Assembly: GCA_046563655.1 (NCBI GenBank)
Contig: CM102283.1
Coordinates: 2,480,001-2,544,000 of the forward strand
Origin: Yuukianura sp. NJ FZ-2021
Taxonomy: Eukaryota
Reading direction: 5' to 3'
DNA length: 64,000 nt
Shown: positions 27,701 to 42,700 of the stretch, piece by piece
Layout of the letters: each line of letters opens with the position of its first letter
Numbering within the stretch: position 1 is the first letter of the stretch
Notes under the pieces: model-generated
Seen by the model: the letters and a program-made list of their open reading frames with translations, nothing else
What the model was told of the DNA's origin: nothing
The model's database searches: none
Translations under genes and position numbers: made by a program

Positions 27701-30700
27701 TCAATTTGCCAATTTGCAGTTTTTTTTGTATCTTCAAACGAGTTTTACGACACGAGTCTTTTGGAATTTTTTTTTTTTGAAATTGACGACTAAACAGTCA
27801 AATTAAATGCGGTGTCATGTGGAAATTTTTTGTACGATAAACAACGGAAGTGTGAACTCAAACATGAAATTTTGAGTAACAATTTGGAAGTGACTTCAGA
27901 GAAAAGGTAGATTTTTTGAGACTTTTGAAAGAGGAAAACGATTTTGCTGATTTTGGAAATTGTAGAAATTCACTTTTTGTCATACCGATTTGTGAATTTG
28001 TGAAAAATCAGACAAAGTTTTTTGACGACAAGTTTTTGACTGAAAGGTGAAGTTTTTGGTAACGACAACTTCGAAAAGTGAAGTGTTACTTTGTGTGACC
28101 TTTTGTGAAGATCAGTGTGACCTTGTCTGACTTTTGGTGTGACTTTGTGTGACCTTATCTGACTTTTACTGTGACTTGTGAGACTGTGAGGATGGAGATG
28201 AAGGCTGACCTTTTGAATGGCCAGTCACCGGGTACAAGTCCCAAAAAGCTGTCTAAAGTGGGTTCGTTTTTTAAGATGTTTAAAAGCAAGAGTAAGGAGA
28301 ACGTGGACGTGGTCCCACCGCCCCCCAAAGTGGGTGAGGGTGGGGACCCAAAGAAAAGTGGGCGGAGTCGGTCACTGGATCCAGATTCACTCCAGAAATC
28401 TGGACTCAAGGAATTTCTAAACAGGGTAAACTATGTTTCATTATGAATTTCAAAAGCCTTTTAAAAATTGAAACAGAAAATCGGAAAATCCATTTCAGAA
28501 TTTTCATTGTTAAAAAGCATTTGATTTGTTCAAATCTCAGCTTCTTTTTTTATACAAATTCTATACTGCTGCAATTGTACTCGGAATTTGTACTCGGAGT
28601 CTGAAAAGAGGATTTGAATTTTTTTTCTTTGAATTATAACTGAAATTTGAAAATGTTGATACAAAATGTAAAAAAAAAAAAAATGGATGCACGTTTCAAA
28701 TATTGAAAATTTTCAGATATTGGTTAAACTTTTTTTCCCATGTTGTAAATTCAGCCCAAGTTTTTCTTTCCAAAAATAGCTCAACAATTTGCTACTTATC
28801 AAACATTGGTCAACTTTTTTTTTATATGTAGCTCAACAATTTTTTCAAACTTTGGTAAATTTTTTTTACATTTTGCAAAAGTAGGTCAACATTTTTTGGT
28901 ATGTATTTTTCAGCTAAAAGTCGTATTTTGCAACTTTGTGTTGAGTGATTGTAGGAAGAGGTTGTTCCGGTGAAGACTGCTTTCAATTTCTGCTTTGTGT
29001 TTTCAATTTGGTGTTTGACGTAGACTTTGAACCATAGCTTTGTAATGGAGTTGAGGCATGAAAAGAGGCTCAAAGTTAGTTTCAATTAGCGTTAGGCTCT
29101 AGGAAATGGCTAGTTTAGTCCAATTGCTTCTTGTAGCAAATGACTTTAAGTCTTACACAAGAAGATGCTTTGGTGCTGGTGCAACCCACAGCATCTTTAG
29201 TAGTGCTTGGTGACTTGCCTCGACAACTTTCCACATCATTTTGTGTAGCCTTTTTCATTTTCTTTTCCTTACCTTCACCTTGAAAAGTTGAGGAAAAACA
29301 GAAATCTTCTGAAACAGTTTCAAAAATACGGTCAGCCAGATTTTTAAGGATTTCAAAATTCAGTGAGATTTTTAAGGATTTCAAAATTTAGCCAGATTTT
29401 TAAAGATTTCAAAAATTTTGGTGTACTTGGAGACTAGGCGTGCTAAAACAAACTTTTGAGCAATGAACGTGCAGTGTTCTCCGCAGACGCTATGCATTTT
29501 GCCTGCACGCATGAGCAAACGCAGTCAACGACCACCTACTACAAAACGTTACAAAATCGTACGTTGATTTACGTTTAACGTCAGAAATAATGTTAATGTT
29601 AAAGTTTAGATTTTGCTAAGCAAATTAAATTATAGGTGGATTTAGTTTTTTTTTAGTGTGAATCTCTAGGTCTGGTCAGTTCACAACTTGCGTAAGCGAT
29701 AGTATGAGTGACGTCACCCGTTTGGCGTTTAATATGATTAAGCACGGCACTTAGCCTAACCGGGAAGTGCTAATTAATTAAGTAGTTGTGATAAGTAATT
29801 AACAATTTCTGTATTTTTAATTAATGAATTCATTTTTTTTTTCATTTTCCAGAAAGCATCTTCGGGCTCTTCTGGTTCATGGGCACCCCAAGGTAAGTGA
29901 AAAAAATTCTCTTTTTTTCATGTTTTCTTTTGAAGAACTGCGATATCTCTGCTAGTAACTCCAAGATTAAACCAAAACCTAGGTTAAGTAAAGCTTTGAT
30001 TTCGAAAGTTCAAAGGTCAAGTAGGTTTTTTAGCACTTGACTTAGTGACAATGGGTACAATTTCGTGCTTCCTATAAATAATTTGTGACTTTATATAAGG
30101 CAGAACCGATTGAAATTTTGACAAAAAATTCTCGAGTTTTATAAGTGTGCTTACACTATTTTTGGAAAAAAAACTTGAAATTTTGGACATGGAAAATTGA
30201 TAATTTGGAAGTTTGGGAATTATATTGGTTTTGACGTAAAGCGCAAGTTTGGTAAATCCCATTAACTATTTACCTCATTCACCATCTTCTGTAACTGTAG
30301 GATGCAATGTTATAAGTAAAGTGAGCATGGACAAAAGCAGGTTATGAATTATGCACGACTACGAGGGATTTAAATGAACTTTGCAAAAAATTTGGCACGT
30401 TCTACTTGCCAGAGTTGTGCGAAAAAAAATTTGCGAAAAGTGACTTGGAGATTATATATGGCTTGTGAACAAAACTTCTCTGCTGTAGAAAACGCTTGGC
30501 TGGAGTTGAAAAGGAAGACTTGCGAAGTTTAGGTTGCTTTGTGCTAAATTTTGTATTGTGTCATGACCTTTTGAAGTGTTGTTATACACACCGTTGAGCT
30601 TTTGACCTTTCAACGATGTTAATCCTCCGTTGTAGAGCTTTTTGCATGTTTGACCAGCCGCTAACCTTTCAAGTTTAGACTGAATTTTAAGTTTGCAGAA

Positions 30701-33700
30701 GAAAGGAGAAAGTTGAAAAACGCTTCCCTCGGGGTCATTTTGTGCTAAAACAGGAATTCGGTTTTCGATTTGCGAATTACTGTGCAACGCACCCTTTCGG
30801 CTTTTTGCGAATCTCGTTTTTGGCAAATGTGGTGTGAATGAGGTTGGCTAGAGGGCGCTCAACTTATAGCCTCATGTGAAAGTTTCACGGCGAAACTGAA
30901 TTTGGCATTTTCTGTTTGAGGATGGTTGGTTGGTTACTTCCAACCATCCCCAAACAGAAAATGATCGATCTACCAACTTGGTAGATCGTAAGTTTTTGGA
31001 TTTTTCGCAAAAAATTTTGAGTTTTTTGAAGAAATGTCTTGCGGTTTTGAAAAAAAAAATTAGTTTTTGGAGAAAGAATTGGTGGGAAAATAAATATGGC
31101 GGACTGATAATTTTGTCGGGTGGGAAAATTAGACGTATGAAACGAAGGAAAAACCCGGGTTTTAGGATGGCCTTCCCTTGACAAGGAAATATTGTGAGTG
31201 ACAGAGAAGAGGAAATTTATTATTTAAACTGTGTCATATTTTATCTGGGTGTCAAAAGTGTACGAGCCGATTGCTCATTCCATTCCTCCAGCCAAAATCG
31301 ATTCAAATGTGCAAACAATTTCGCAATGTCCAAAAAAATCGCAATTTTTTCTGTCTTTCTTTCCATTTCATTCCGAGGCAACCCAGTCCGATTTTTTTGA
31401 AACTTTTTGTATGTTGTTTTTTTGTGCGGGAGGACTTTAAGTTGTGTAATTACCTAAGTAGTGAAGTCTCTACACAGCGGTTAAGTCCAAATTTTCGAAA
31501 TCAAAGATGACTTTTTCAAAAAAATATTTTCAAAAAGTTATAGTTTCCTGAGAAGTGTTTGCAGTAATGGTAACCAGTACACTGCATTGCGGATGAAGCT
31601 TTAGAGCTTGTGCGTAGCGAATTGGATTTCTAAAGCTTAAGGATTTTCGTTTTTTCATGAGCTTTGGAGACCCACTTTTTTTTTGTATTACTTTTTATAT
31701 AACTTTTAAATAACTTTTATATAACTTTTTTTCAAAAAAAAAAAAAGCTTTGACTTTTTTATATTTCTCTCTGTTGATACAGTCTTGGTTGTAGAAGATA
31801 TAGAAAATCGGATTTTTTAAAAAGAGAATACCCGGATTTCTACATGGCAAAAATAGATTTTTACAAAAGGCAAAATTCGTTTTTTAAGGAGAAACGCATG
31901 TTCGGCTGGTTTTGAAAAGGATGTGAATTTTTTTTTAATTTTAAGGCGGGAAGGAGGATTTTGCTTTCTGCGTAACTTTCACTTTCTATTTTCATCACCC
32001 AAGAAACATATAAGCCAGAGACAAGAGTCCAAAATCCAATTATGCTTTTGCATTAAAACGACAAATGTCAAATGTCATCAACAAACTAAGTAAGCACAAA
32101 TTTTTTTTCGTAAATTCTGCGCATGCACTACTGTGTCCTTGAAGTAATCAACAACAGCTCAGAACATTGATTGATGAGCTGGTTAGAAATTATTTACTCT
32201 GTATTTTCCCTACTTAGCGGATGAAATTCAAAAGAAACATTTTTTTGGCCGGTTTTTTGTGACCTTGTGCAAAAATTGTAAAGATTATTGGTTAGCACTT
32301 TGTCGGCTTCGATAATGGAGTGGGATTAGCAATTTTGCAAATTTGCACATATTGATTTCTGTTACAGATCGTGCCGGCTGTGTGCAAATTTTGTGAAAAC
32401 GTTGTTTGAACTTGGATTATGATTTATGGAGAGCTTAAAAACCGAAAATCTTTAGAAATAAAACGAAATGTGTGCAAAATTGTAGTCCACTTGTGGTTTG
32501 AAAAAAAGTTTAAGTTTTTGGCGGCCATTTTGATTTTTTTGGGCCGTCAACAACATGTGAAAAAGAAAATTGGAAAAGGTGTTTTTGTTTGTTTTTTTGC
32601 GGAACTTGTTTGAGTCTTTGCTGCTAAAATGGGACAGAGATGAATGGATGCCATTTTTGTTGATGGCCTTTTTTGCGAATGTTTTTTTGCACAGTGTTTC
32701 TTTTTTGCGAAATGAAATACTCTCCATGTGGCTCCTTCCAGACATACACAGTTGAGGAAGTTATGTAATGGCTGCTATGTATTTTTGTTTTGGGAAGTTC
32801 AAGGGGCTATAGTAGCCTAGTTTTTGTACGACAGGGGGCGTCCACCCCACGTTCAGGGTCGTTACAGCTTATAACGTCTAGTGTTTTAGTCGATGTAGAG
32901 TCTATAACGTCTAGCGTTTTAGCCGCTATAAAGCCTAGCGTCTAGCGTCCTGGTCGATAGGCTTTCTAGTAACGCCGTGGCATTGAAAACCACTCGGAGT
33001 TTTTTTTTTTTTGGTTTTTGCAAAGAAAAGGAACCACGGTGGAGTTTCTGCTTGTGGATTTGCGAATTTTGGGTAGATCGATGGAGTGATGGCAGAAGCC
33101 GAGAAGTTCCGAGTGGAAGCCGAACTGAATTCGGTTTTTACGTAGGGTAGGACAAGAATACGAGAGCGTCTGAACTTTACTATTTTTCCTACTGAAACTA
33201 AAAGCGAGAGGGGAGAAACGGTGTGCCAAAAAACTCTGTCTATTTTCAAACATTCTGCATTTGGTGTTCAAAGGGAAGAGAGAGGAGCGCGGAGAGTTGA
33301 AAGTCTTGAAAGATTGTGCTGGTGAAAGTCTCGCAGTGCGTTTGTTGCCTCGTCCAAGGACATTTCACTTCCGCCATTCCGCAAAAGTGAAAGTAATACA
33401 ACACTTTTTATTCAATTTCGCAGTCAGTGGAAGAGTAAAAGTTGGCACTTTGCAAAATCGATTCATCTTGTTATATGTTCTTTCATTTAGTTTTTTTGTA
33501 CCCGGTGAAAGCAATGGCATGCAAGGGACGACGTGACAAGAATTTAGTAATTTTAGTTTTTCTCGGTCTTTGTTTTTCCAAATTTGGACTGGCGATTGAC
33601 TAAATTTGGAAATTTAGACAGAAATAGCGTCATTCAATTTGGTGTTTTGTGGATCCCTAGAGAGTCGTTTTTGCCCTTGTTGCTGTCTTTTTGGAGAAAG

Positions 33701-36700
33701 TAAAAGTAAACGTCATTTTTCGGATTGAAATTTTCGTATTTTTCGTTTTTTTGGTGAAATTATGAATACATTATTTTTCGAACTTCGAATTTTAGAAGTG
33801 AAACAGTTCTTTTTTTAAATTTGGATCACGGAGACGGACATATAACTTATTTGTGTCTTCCTTGTGCTGAAATTGTTATTTTTTTTTCATTTAAAATTTT
33901 TGCGCTGGAACTGTTAATTTTTTTCGAAACAAGAAGAAATATAGTTGCTATTTGGCTAGTTTCCGACTTCCGTGTTTATTTACATTTTTGTGTGCAATTA
34001 GTTTGCCAAAAAACAGTTTTTGAAACGATTTATGAGGGGGATTTTTTTTTCGGTGTTCAATTTTCGTCGATTTTTCGGGAAGAAAAAGAAGCTTTTTTGA
34101 CACTTTTTTGTCGACTGTATACGATTGATCTTCATTTTTCAGATATTGGAAAAACAAGTTAAAAGTAGACTTTTGTTCAAAATGGATTTTTGGATTTTAG
34201 AAAAGTTTTTGTTGAGTTAAGGGTTTCCTTTGAAATAAGTGTTTGATATTGTAGTTCGCCTACGCGCGGTTTCTTGTCAAAGTAAAACTTCAAAAGTTTC
34301 AGCAATGACAATACGTTAAGAGTTAGGTTGTTTTTAGGTTATTCTGAGAATTACGCTGATGAGTAGATTTTCTGTGCGAATTTTTTGCAATGTTGCGAAA
34401 CTGAGTGTTGCAAAAATTATAAATCAACTTTTCGCTTCTGCAGAAGTAAGATACTCCAGTGTAATTTTTCATCTCTATTTCCATGTGTAGATTTTTAACT
34501 CAGTTCAGTATCTCTTTTTTTCGTTAATGTTTTGCACATAGTAAGAACCTAACTTAACATAACATATAGATAGGTAAGTAAACCTAACATGATATAACAT
34601 GATATAATGTGCAGCAAATACATAAGGTAGCATAACATATCGTAACATACCATACCGAACAAAAAAGTTCGGATTTGTTTTTGTTTAGTCGGCTTTTAGT
34701 TTTTTCTCATTATGTGAAAAGCTGATCTTTTTCAACTCCCATCTTGCAAAAATTTGAAACAGCTTTTTTGAAAAGTTGTAGGAAAAAATTGGCGAAAGCT
34801 TACTACGCACATTGAATTTTCCCATGGGTTGGTGTAGACAGAGCGTGAGGCTGTTTAGTCTTTTTCACTGTGCTGTGTAGTCTACACAGGCTTATTTTGC
34901 TTGTTCTGGAGTGTGAAGTTTTGCGGTCGCTCGTGGTTGTGGTTGGGTTACATAAGCCGATTTGCAAATTTTTTGCGAATTGCAAATCCAGTTTGCCAGT
35001 ATTATCTGGAAAGGGTGAGCTGGGGTACTTGTGGTGTGCAAATTCTGGGAAAAAACTATTTGCAAAACAAACATAATTAGGAATTGGTTTGCAAAGTGCT
35101 GATTTTTCGCAATGTTGCGATATTGCTTGTTTTTCAAATGAGTATGTAATTTGAATTCTAAAATTGGTTCAGCTTAAGTTCCATGTAATTGAGTAACTCC
35201 AGAGTGTTTAAACAGAATTGGCGAAATCAAAATTCCAAGGTCAGGATGAGTGACATGCCAATGTCATTCTCATCATTAAGCCCTCAGTCTCAATCAACCA
35301 AAGCATCATGAAAGTACTATACTCCATTTTGTGTGAGTTCCAATTTTGAAGTTTGAAATTTTGAAAAACAAAAGAGTTTGTGAACTTTGACAACATTTTG
35401 ACGGACAGCTGGAAAAGAACTGTGCAGTTTGGAATTCCGATGGAAAGTTTTGGACATGCTCCAGTCGGTTCGTATTTTCGAAGAGTCAAAATGAAGTTTT
35501 GGCCAGTTTTCAATTCCTTTGGTTTCAAAAAATTTTTGGACGATGATGAAGTGAAGTGAGAATTTCGGTGTTTCAAAAACAAATATAAACTAGAACAACA
35601 ACAACAACTTTGAAATCATTCCCTCCTGCTCTAAGATTGTGTAAGGTCAAAGGTCACAAAGACTTTATAAAGGTCAAATGTCAATGTCTATTTTTGAAAT
35701 GGCTTAGTTTTTCCTTAAGTCCGGTTTAGTCAGACAATGGCCGCTGTGCACAATTTTTTCCGCACTAAAATATTCTGGGAAGCGGAGCATTGTGTTAATC
35801 TCTGGGAAAAGTAGGTCAGTTTTAGAATTCTAATTACTAATCATGGTTAATTATTAATTAGAATTTGCGTGCGCAAGCCATTTCATGATTAGTCATAAAT
35901 TTATGATTTTTTACATGAAGGCATATCTATTGTTAATGTGAGAATTTCCATGAATTAATTAACTAAAATTTTGTTTTGATTTTTTGATGTATGTACTTGA
36001 TTAGCCGTCGCTTATTGATTTATTTTCCACAGAATTTTTAAATGTAGTGCATACATTTAATACATAAGTGGAATGGTTTTAGTTTCTTTTTAAATTGCGC
36101 AATTAAACAACTGCTAGACGAGCCTGAAAAGGAATTGATTTTTTTTTGTCAGTCTCAATTTAGGCGTCAAACGTGTCATTTTCGTCAGTCACTATGTTAT
36201 TTTATTTTATTTTTTTTTTGTAAAAACTTCCAACTTTAACAGTTTTAATTATCATCGCCCACTATTAAACTGTAGCCATTGTTCTTTTAAAAGTTTTTCT
36301 TTTCAAAAACACGAAAAGACAAAGAGTAATTAGTAATTGCCAAAGTTTTGTCATTAATTTTTAGCGTGATCGTTTGTTGGATTTCATTGGATTTGGACGT
36401 CCATCTTTTGGATTTTTCAGGAGGAAAGAGAGAATTTGTTAAATTTTTTTCAGTTTTGCACGTTGCTCTTGTAATCTTTCACAATCTTTTATCAGCATCA
36501 GTAGCAGCACTAGCAGCATATCGTCATCTTCTCAATCATTCATCATTTTAGTTTTTAGTTTAGTTTGGTTTGAAAATTTGGATGTAACTTAAGTTACTAA
36601 TTTACTGCAGTAAAAGTGTAACACAGTGTACATTGTTACTTATCTGTGACAGATACAGATAATCTGTCTCTGCAAAGTTTAAGTTGGTCCACGGTTACAA

Positions 36701-39700
36701 AAAAAAAGTGTGTTTAAAAACGGAACAAAAGTTTAGTTCAAAAGCAGAACAGACAGAGACCGGAGTTGGAGTTGGTGCTAGGTGTTTGTGGCTTCTGTGG
36801 ATAACGTGAGTGAGGACACGTAACACTTTCCCTGAGGGGTTAATTGGTTTATAACAATTACGCTACGCACAAGTCACAAGTTAAACGCACGTAACGTTAT
36901 TCGTTGTTTAGTATAAGAGGATCGTATAACAGGGAATTCAAAGGAGGGCGATTGCGTAAGACATTTATATAAAAATATTAGAAACTTTATAAACAAGAAG
37001 TCATTCATTCAAGTGCTATTCCTTTGAAATTGAATGGCACGACGGCACGAGTAAACAATTTAATTATAGGTTAGCAACTTGCGAAAAAGAGAAATAAGCC
37101 ATTTCTTGCTGGATGTACATTGACATTTGACATAATTTCAGAACGAAGAGACTGTTTTTGTGGCTAAAATCGATAACTGTCGGCGTGTGATTGCTGAGAA
37201 GGCTGTTCCTGGATAAACTAAACTGATCGTTGGTGTGTCTACTCTCTACTACGTAGTGTTTCTATTGACAGGTTTTCGTGTCATTCATTGAAACTGATAC
37301 TGGAAGCGAACTTGTGTATATCTGGTATTAGAAAGAGAAACTAGAGACGAAAATAACCTAATATTTCTGGTAATACATTATTGATGAGGTTGGTTCTGTT
37401 GTAATTGACAAGGACGTATGGATAAATACTATAATACTTGGTGGATCTTCTGCGTGACTGGAGTATCATCATCATCAGTATCAGTACCAGATCAGAAATT
37501 GAAGTCTGAGTATCAGAACGATCAGGATTTGCTGGTTCTTGGAACGGAATTGAGCTGAATCTGGGAAATCAAGTCAACTTTCTGGTTTTGCAGAAATCAC
37601 CTTATTGAGTTATTAATTACCGAAGAAAATGAAGCGCAGAAAATAGAAGAAATCAACGTTTAGGAAACGAGTTCACAAACTTGCACTGTTTTCCTTACTT
37701 CACCCGTTTCTACTTTTGTACGACGAGAAAGCACCCACCACACGCACCGATTTTCATTTTGATACCGTCCAAGCACGGTTCCGAAATTTTGATACCAAAT
37801 TCATTACGAAGGAGGCCAAACAAATTATTCTTCCAAGATTTATCAAGAACAGTATTTTTGTGACCTTGAACTTCGTCCGGAGGAAGACGACGGGGCGAAG
37901 TTCGAGAAAAGACAAACGAGGGAAGCTCGCTACTTTGAGCTTCAGATGGCTCATCATCAAAACCAACATCAGCACTGGAGTGGCTACTCGATCATTACTT
38001 CTAACAATGCTAGTGGGTACCCAAGACGACGGAGTCCAGCCCAGTCACCCATAAGTGGGCCATGTATCAGTCCGTCACCACCAAAGTCCTTGAGTTCGTC
38101 ACCCAGAGAACACAAGGACAATCCGAACCATCATCATCATTCTCCTGGAACGACACATTCCTCATCATCGCCCGGCTCCACAACGAGCAGCGGCGGTGGC
38201 CACGGTCACGGTCATGCCAGTCGAAAATTGGATTCTATCTTTCGACATCTCGTAAAATGGAGCAGTCCACATAAGGATAAGAAAGCGGGCATTCACGAAT
38301 CACAGAGTACGAGTCCACCGCCACCGGAAGTCGACCAAGGTCAAGGTCACGGCGCAGGGTCAGCCACATCATATCCAATTGCAGTCGGACAAGTCTATCC
38401 CAGAACCGTCCATCATCATAATTACTATTCCGATTATTGTCGGACGAGACCGAATGTACCGGCGGCAGCTCCAAGACGACGGACGACTTCTGAAGGCTAT
38501 GGATATGAAGATGACTACTATGGAGGAGGCGGTGGAGACAATGCAAGTGAAAGTGGCAACAACAGTGGAGAAGAGGAAGAAGATGACCAGTGTCCATCAG
38601 CTGTTGTGACAACAAATCGAGCAAGGTCCAAGTCCTTGGATTATGCAACAGCTAGGCAGTATCATCTTCGCAATAGACGGTTCTCTGGTGACATTCCATC
38701 GAGAGCTAAGGACACTTCACACACGCATCTGACGTACACGATCTACGAATCAATCATCCATGATGGTGGGTGTTGCCACATTTTCTAAAACTTTGCTGTT
38801 GTTTTTCATTTTTTTATTTTTGAAATTTTTCCTTAATAGTAGAAAAGTTTCAAAAGGGGGAAATTGAAACGACAGGTGGAAATTTTAAATTTGATAGAAT
38901 TTTAAGTGTGGATTTCAATTAGTTATGCGTTCTGGCGCTCTCGTTGGCGTTTCAGGTGCGTCCTTGGCTTAAAGTAATTCAATTGTTATTCAAAGTGGCT
39001 TGGTTTGGAGGGTGGGACTGCCATGGTGGCCACATCTGTCCTTACAAAAAAAACTGAAAACCATAAATTACTAAATGTGATTCTGAGACAGTTTGACAAA
39101 CGACTGAAATTTTAACGACTTTTCTCTCGCAATTTTCAAAGTTTATAAAACTTTCTAAACTTCAATTTCAAACTTCTCGGGGAAAAAGGTAAAAAAGTTA
39201 AGGCCCATGCGCACTTAGGCACTCGCACTCTATTTGCTCGTGTTAAGTTGAGGATGGACATGTCAAAATTTCACTTGATTCGAATTAAGCGCGGTACTAA
39301 AAACACGCCGCCATCTCCACCAGTTACTATTCGAGACGAAGGTATGTGTACCCTAATAAGCGTGTGGGAAATTTTGAATTTGGCGGGGTAAAAAAGGTTG
39401 GGGCAACATTTACATTGAACGTTTACTTTTAAAACGTTGCAAACGTTAAGGCTTTGTTCCGTTTTAATCAAAAGTTTAAAAACTAATTTCAATTTCTCGA
39501 TGTTGTGCAAAGCTTGTTTTTGAAATCGTGCATTGCGTTTTTCGCTGTGCCATGGCTTGCCAGCGGGTGTGAAATTTCAGAGTATGCAGAGGGCTTAAGT
39601 AAAATTAATTAAGAATGTTGCACAACATGGTTGCTGGACAGGACAGGTTCAGCTTCAAAGTTTATTTAATAGTGTGCGTGACCTTGCTTGTTTTTTTACT

Positions 39701-42700
39701 GATCGTTAGCAAAAGAAGTTGTTTGAAGCTTCTTGATTTCTCGAGAGTTGTTGGAATTTGGTTGAACAACTGAACTGGTTGAGGTGGTTTGTGGCAGTAC
39801 TAAAGGTGGATGACGTTGCTATAAGAAATTTGATGGCTCGGGGTGAGCAATTCGACGTAGGATTTTGATCGTGGTGTGGTTGAGGCAAGTCAGAAGGTGA
39901 AATTTACAATTTTATTGTTTCTTTCTTGACAAACAACAATGGTTTAATCTTGGAGAGAGCAGAGTTACTTGAAAGTTGAAGTTATTAATTGAAATTAAAA
40001 GTTCAAAGTTAATGTTAATTGGAGTTTAGAGTTATGTTTCGTAATCGAAAAGCCATTTTTAAACTGCTTCTGTTACATTCTCTAGGCAGTCGAAGAGGCT
40101 CACTACATTCACATCGACCGTCAGATGTTTCCTTGGATCCAGCACATGCCGCCATTTTGTTCCGGGACTCTCGTGGGGTAAGCTTAACTACAACTGTAAA
40201 TTTAGCAAATAACTTAATGAGTAGCTTATAGCCGGTAAACTTAAAAGCCGCTTCATCATCATCAGGCACACCACAATGCACTTGATGTGACACCACATCA
40301 AACATACCTTTTTCTATGCGTACATTAGCTCAGTTGCTGTCGAAATTGTAGCAGCTTCGATGTTTGTGAACCTCTGTTGGTTTTCGAAAGCGTGGAATAA
40401 CCTAACCTCGCTTTCGAAAAAAAACCAACAATATTTTTATGTTTTTGCAAAAAAAAAATGAAGCTTTTAGTCATTAAGTGCTCCAGTTTTTGCATTAAAT
40501 GGATGGTGATAATGACATTCATATTTGATAGTGACTAAATAACTGACTCACAGCTATTGCTAACTGGGAGAAAACGTGATAGTTCCCAGTGACAGAAAAA
40601 AAAGTTAGCTTTTGTTTAGTATTTTTTTCGTGTCGTTGTGAACAGGCTGGGGCAACCTCGGTGAGACCAGACCCCTCCCTAGCCCCCTCCGAACCCCCCC
40701 CCCCTCCCCCATTCCATAAAAAAAAATTCTCGAAACATTTTTTTTTTCGAAATTTTTCAAGAAATGTGTAGAAATTGCAAAAAAAAAAAAAAGAAGGAAA
40801 ATCGGGTTTAGAGTCGAAGAATCGAAAATCATGGCACGCATTAGCATTACCCGTCGGTCCGGGGACAGGGGTCATAGCGTTTTTCTTTGTTTAAATTTTA
40901 AATATTCGAAATTATATTCACACCGGAAACTACAATTGCGCCGAAGGCGCGAGAAATTTTGAGCTTTTAAGGAACGAAAGTGAATTTGAGCTCAAGTTAG
41001 AGGGCCCAACGACCCGTAAAAACAATATATTGCGCCGAAGGCGCAAGAAATTTTTGAGAATTTGTGGTATGAAAGTCAATTTGAGCCCTTAAAACGCTCG
41101 GGATACACACCAATTTCGGCACCAAATTTTTTTGAATTTTGTGCTGAAAGATCGAGTTTTGACCCTCTCCGCGGGGTCAAAACGACCCCGAGCAGTGCCT
41201 GCATGCAAAACTAGCATTTTTGTCTGGAAAAATCAGTTCGGAAATATCTCTCCCGCCGTAGGCGGGATGAAAAACGAAAATCAGAGCCGAAAATCAGTTC
41301 GGAAGTTTCTCTCCCGCCGTAGGCGGGACGAAAAATTGAGTTTTGAGACGAAAAACTCCGAATATTGAGCCTAAAATGGGCAAATTCAGACCCTGACCCC
41401 TCCTGTCCGACCTGACCCTGACCGACCCCTCCCTGGCGGGCTCCGCCCGCCAGACCCCTCTTAAACACCCTCACACACCCTGTTGCCCCAGCCTGGTTGT
41501 GAAAGTTGAGAAGTGGACGGTTGATAATATGGGTCAGTGTGTTTTCATGCTGACCGAGTAGCCGAGCAGCGGGAAAGATTAAATGTCACTCACTCACAAC
41601 AGAACATTAGGCTTTTACGGGTTCTTTGTTGACTGTCGTCTGCAATTCTGAAAAGTTAGGTCTAGCATTAGCAAAAGTGAAAGTGAAAGAGTAAAGCTAG
41701 GAGAGCTGTAAGTTAGATCGCTAGGATGAAACACTCTAGCGGAAATTGTATAATTTAAATTTATATTAATATTTTGTTATAAATAGAAGTTGTTATGATG
41801 ATGCGTGTATATTAATTATAATTACACTGCGGATGGCTTAATTTTTGTTATAATTTTTTATTTTAGTTTTATTAGAGTGATGATGAGCTGTTTTTTTGGT
41901 ATTTTCAGCTTCCACACTCGGATCCATTTATTGAGCGGATTCTAAGTCTCTCCTCGGGTAAGTCTTTATGAATAATGGAGCGTCACTGCTCAAATTTCAT
42001 AAGTGTTTTGTTTTTGAAAACAAAACTGATCTCGTCTCTTTCAATTTTTAAAGCTAAAGCGCGTGCCGCCCACTCCGAGCTATTATTGAATTTTTGATTA
42101 TGGAGTAATTGATGACTTTGTTGTTCCGGAAGTGCTTCTTCTCATTCTTTCTGATAAAAAAAAAGAAAGAACAAGACTTCAGAATGCAATTTGGAGGAAG
42201 CACTTTCCCTAACTTTAAAAGTTTCCGGTTTGAAAGCATCCGTGGGAATTTTTTTTCAAAATTCGAGCTCGAAAACAAGTTCTAAAAGGAGCTCAAACGA
42301 ACTAATCAAATTGAATAAGGCGACTGACTGGTAATGGAATGTCCGTTTTAGAGCTTCAAAAGAGAAAGTTTTTTGAAAAACGTCTTCCAAGTTGGAGTGA
42401 ATTTAGGGAAAGTTTTTTCTCCACTTTGAAGTAAAGTCTGAAGTTTAGAATTACGAATTCCAAATTCACGAATATCCAAACATCTGACATTTCGAAAGAA
42501 TAAAACATTTTAAGTCGAAAGTCAACTTTTAATTCGATTGAGCTAAAACTTGACTAAACAAAATGCAGTGACTTCGACTTTTAATTTAATTTAACTTTTG
42601 AGTTGCTGAAATCTAGAGCTTAAATTTCGAAAAAGTAAAAAAACAAAAACTTTTGAAAAATGGAGCGTATCACTTGGACAAAAATTTATACGGACAACAG

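Noticed and set aside
11100-37600. Many 60-130 aa ORFs rich in F/K/L/N
   Set aside because: Chance frames in AT-rich intronic and intergenic DNA, most with non-ATG starts and no recognisable motifs.
37946-38788. Stand-alone 280-aa nested gene
   Set aside because: A phase-compatible donor at 38766 and an RARSKSLD motif make an AMPK gamma alternative exon more likely.
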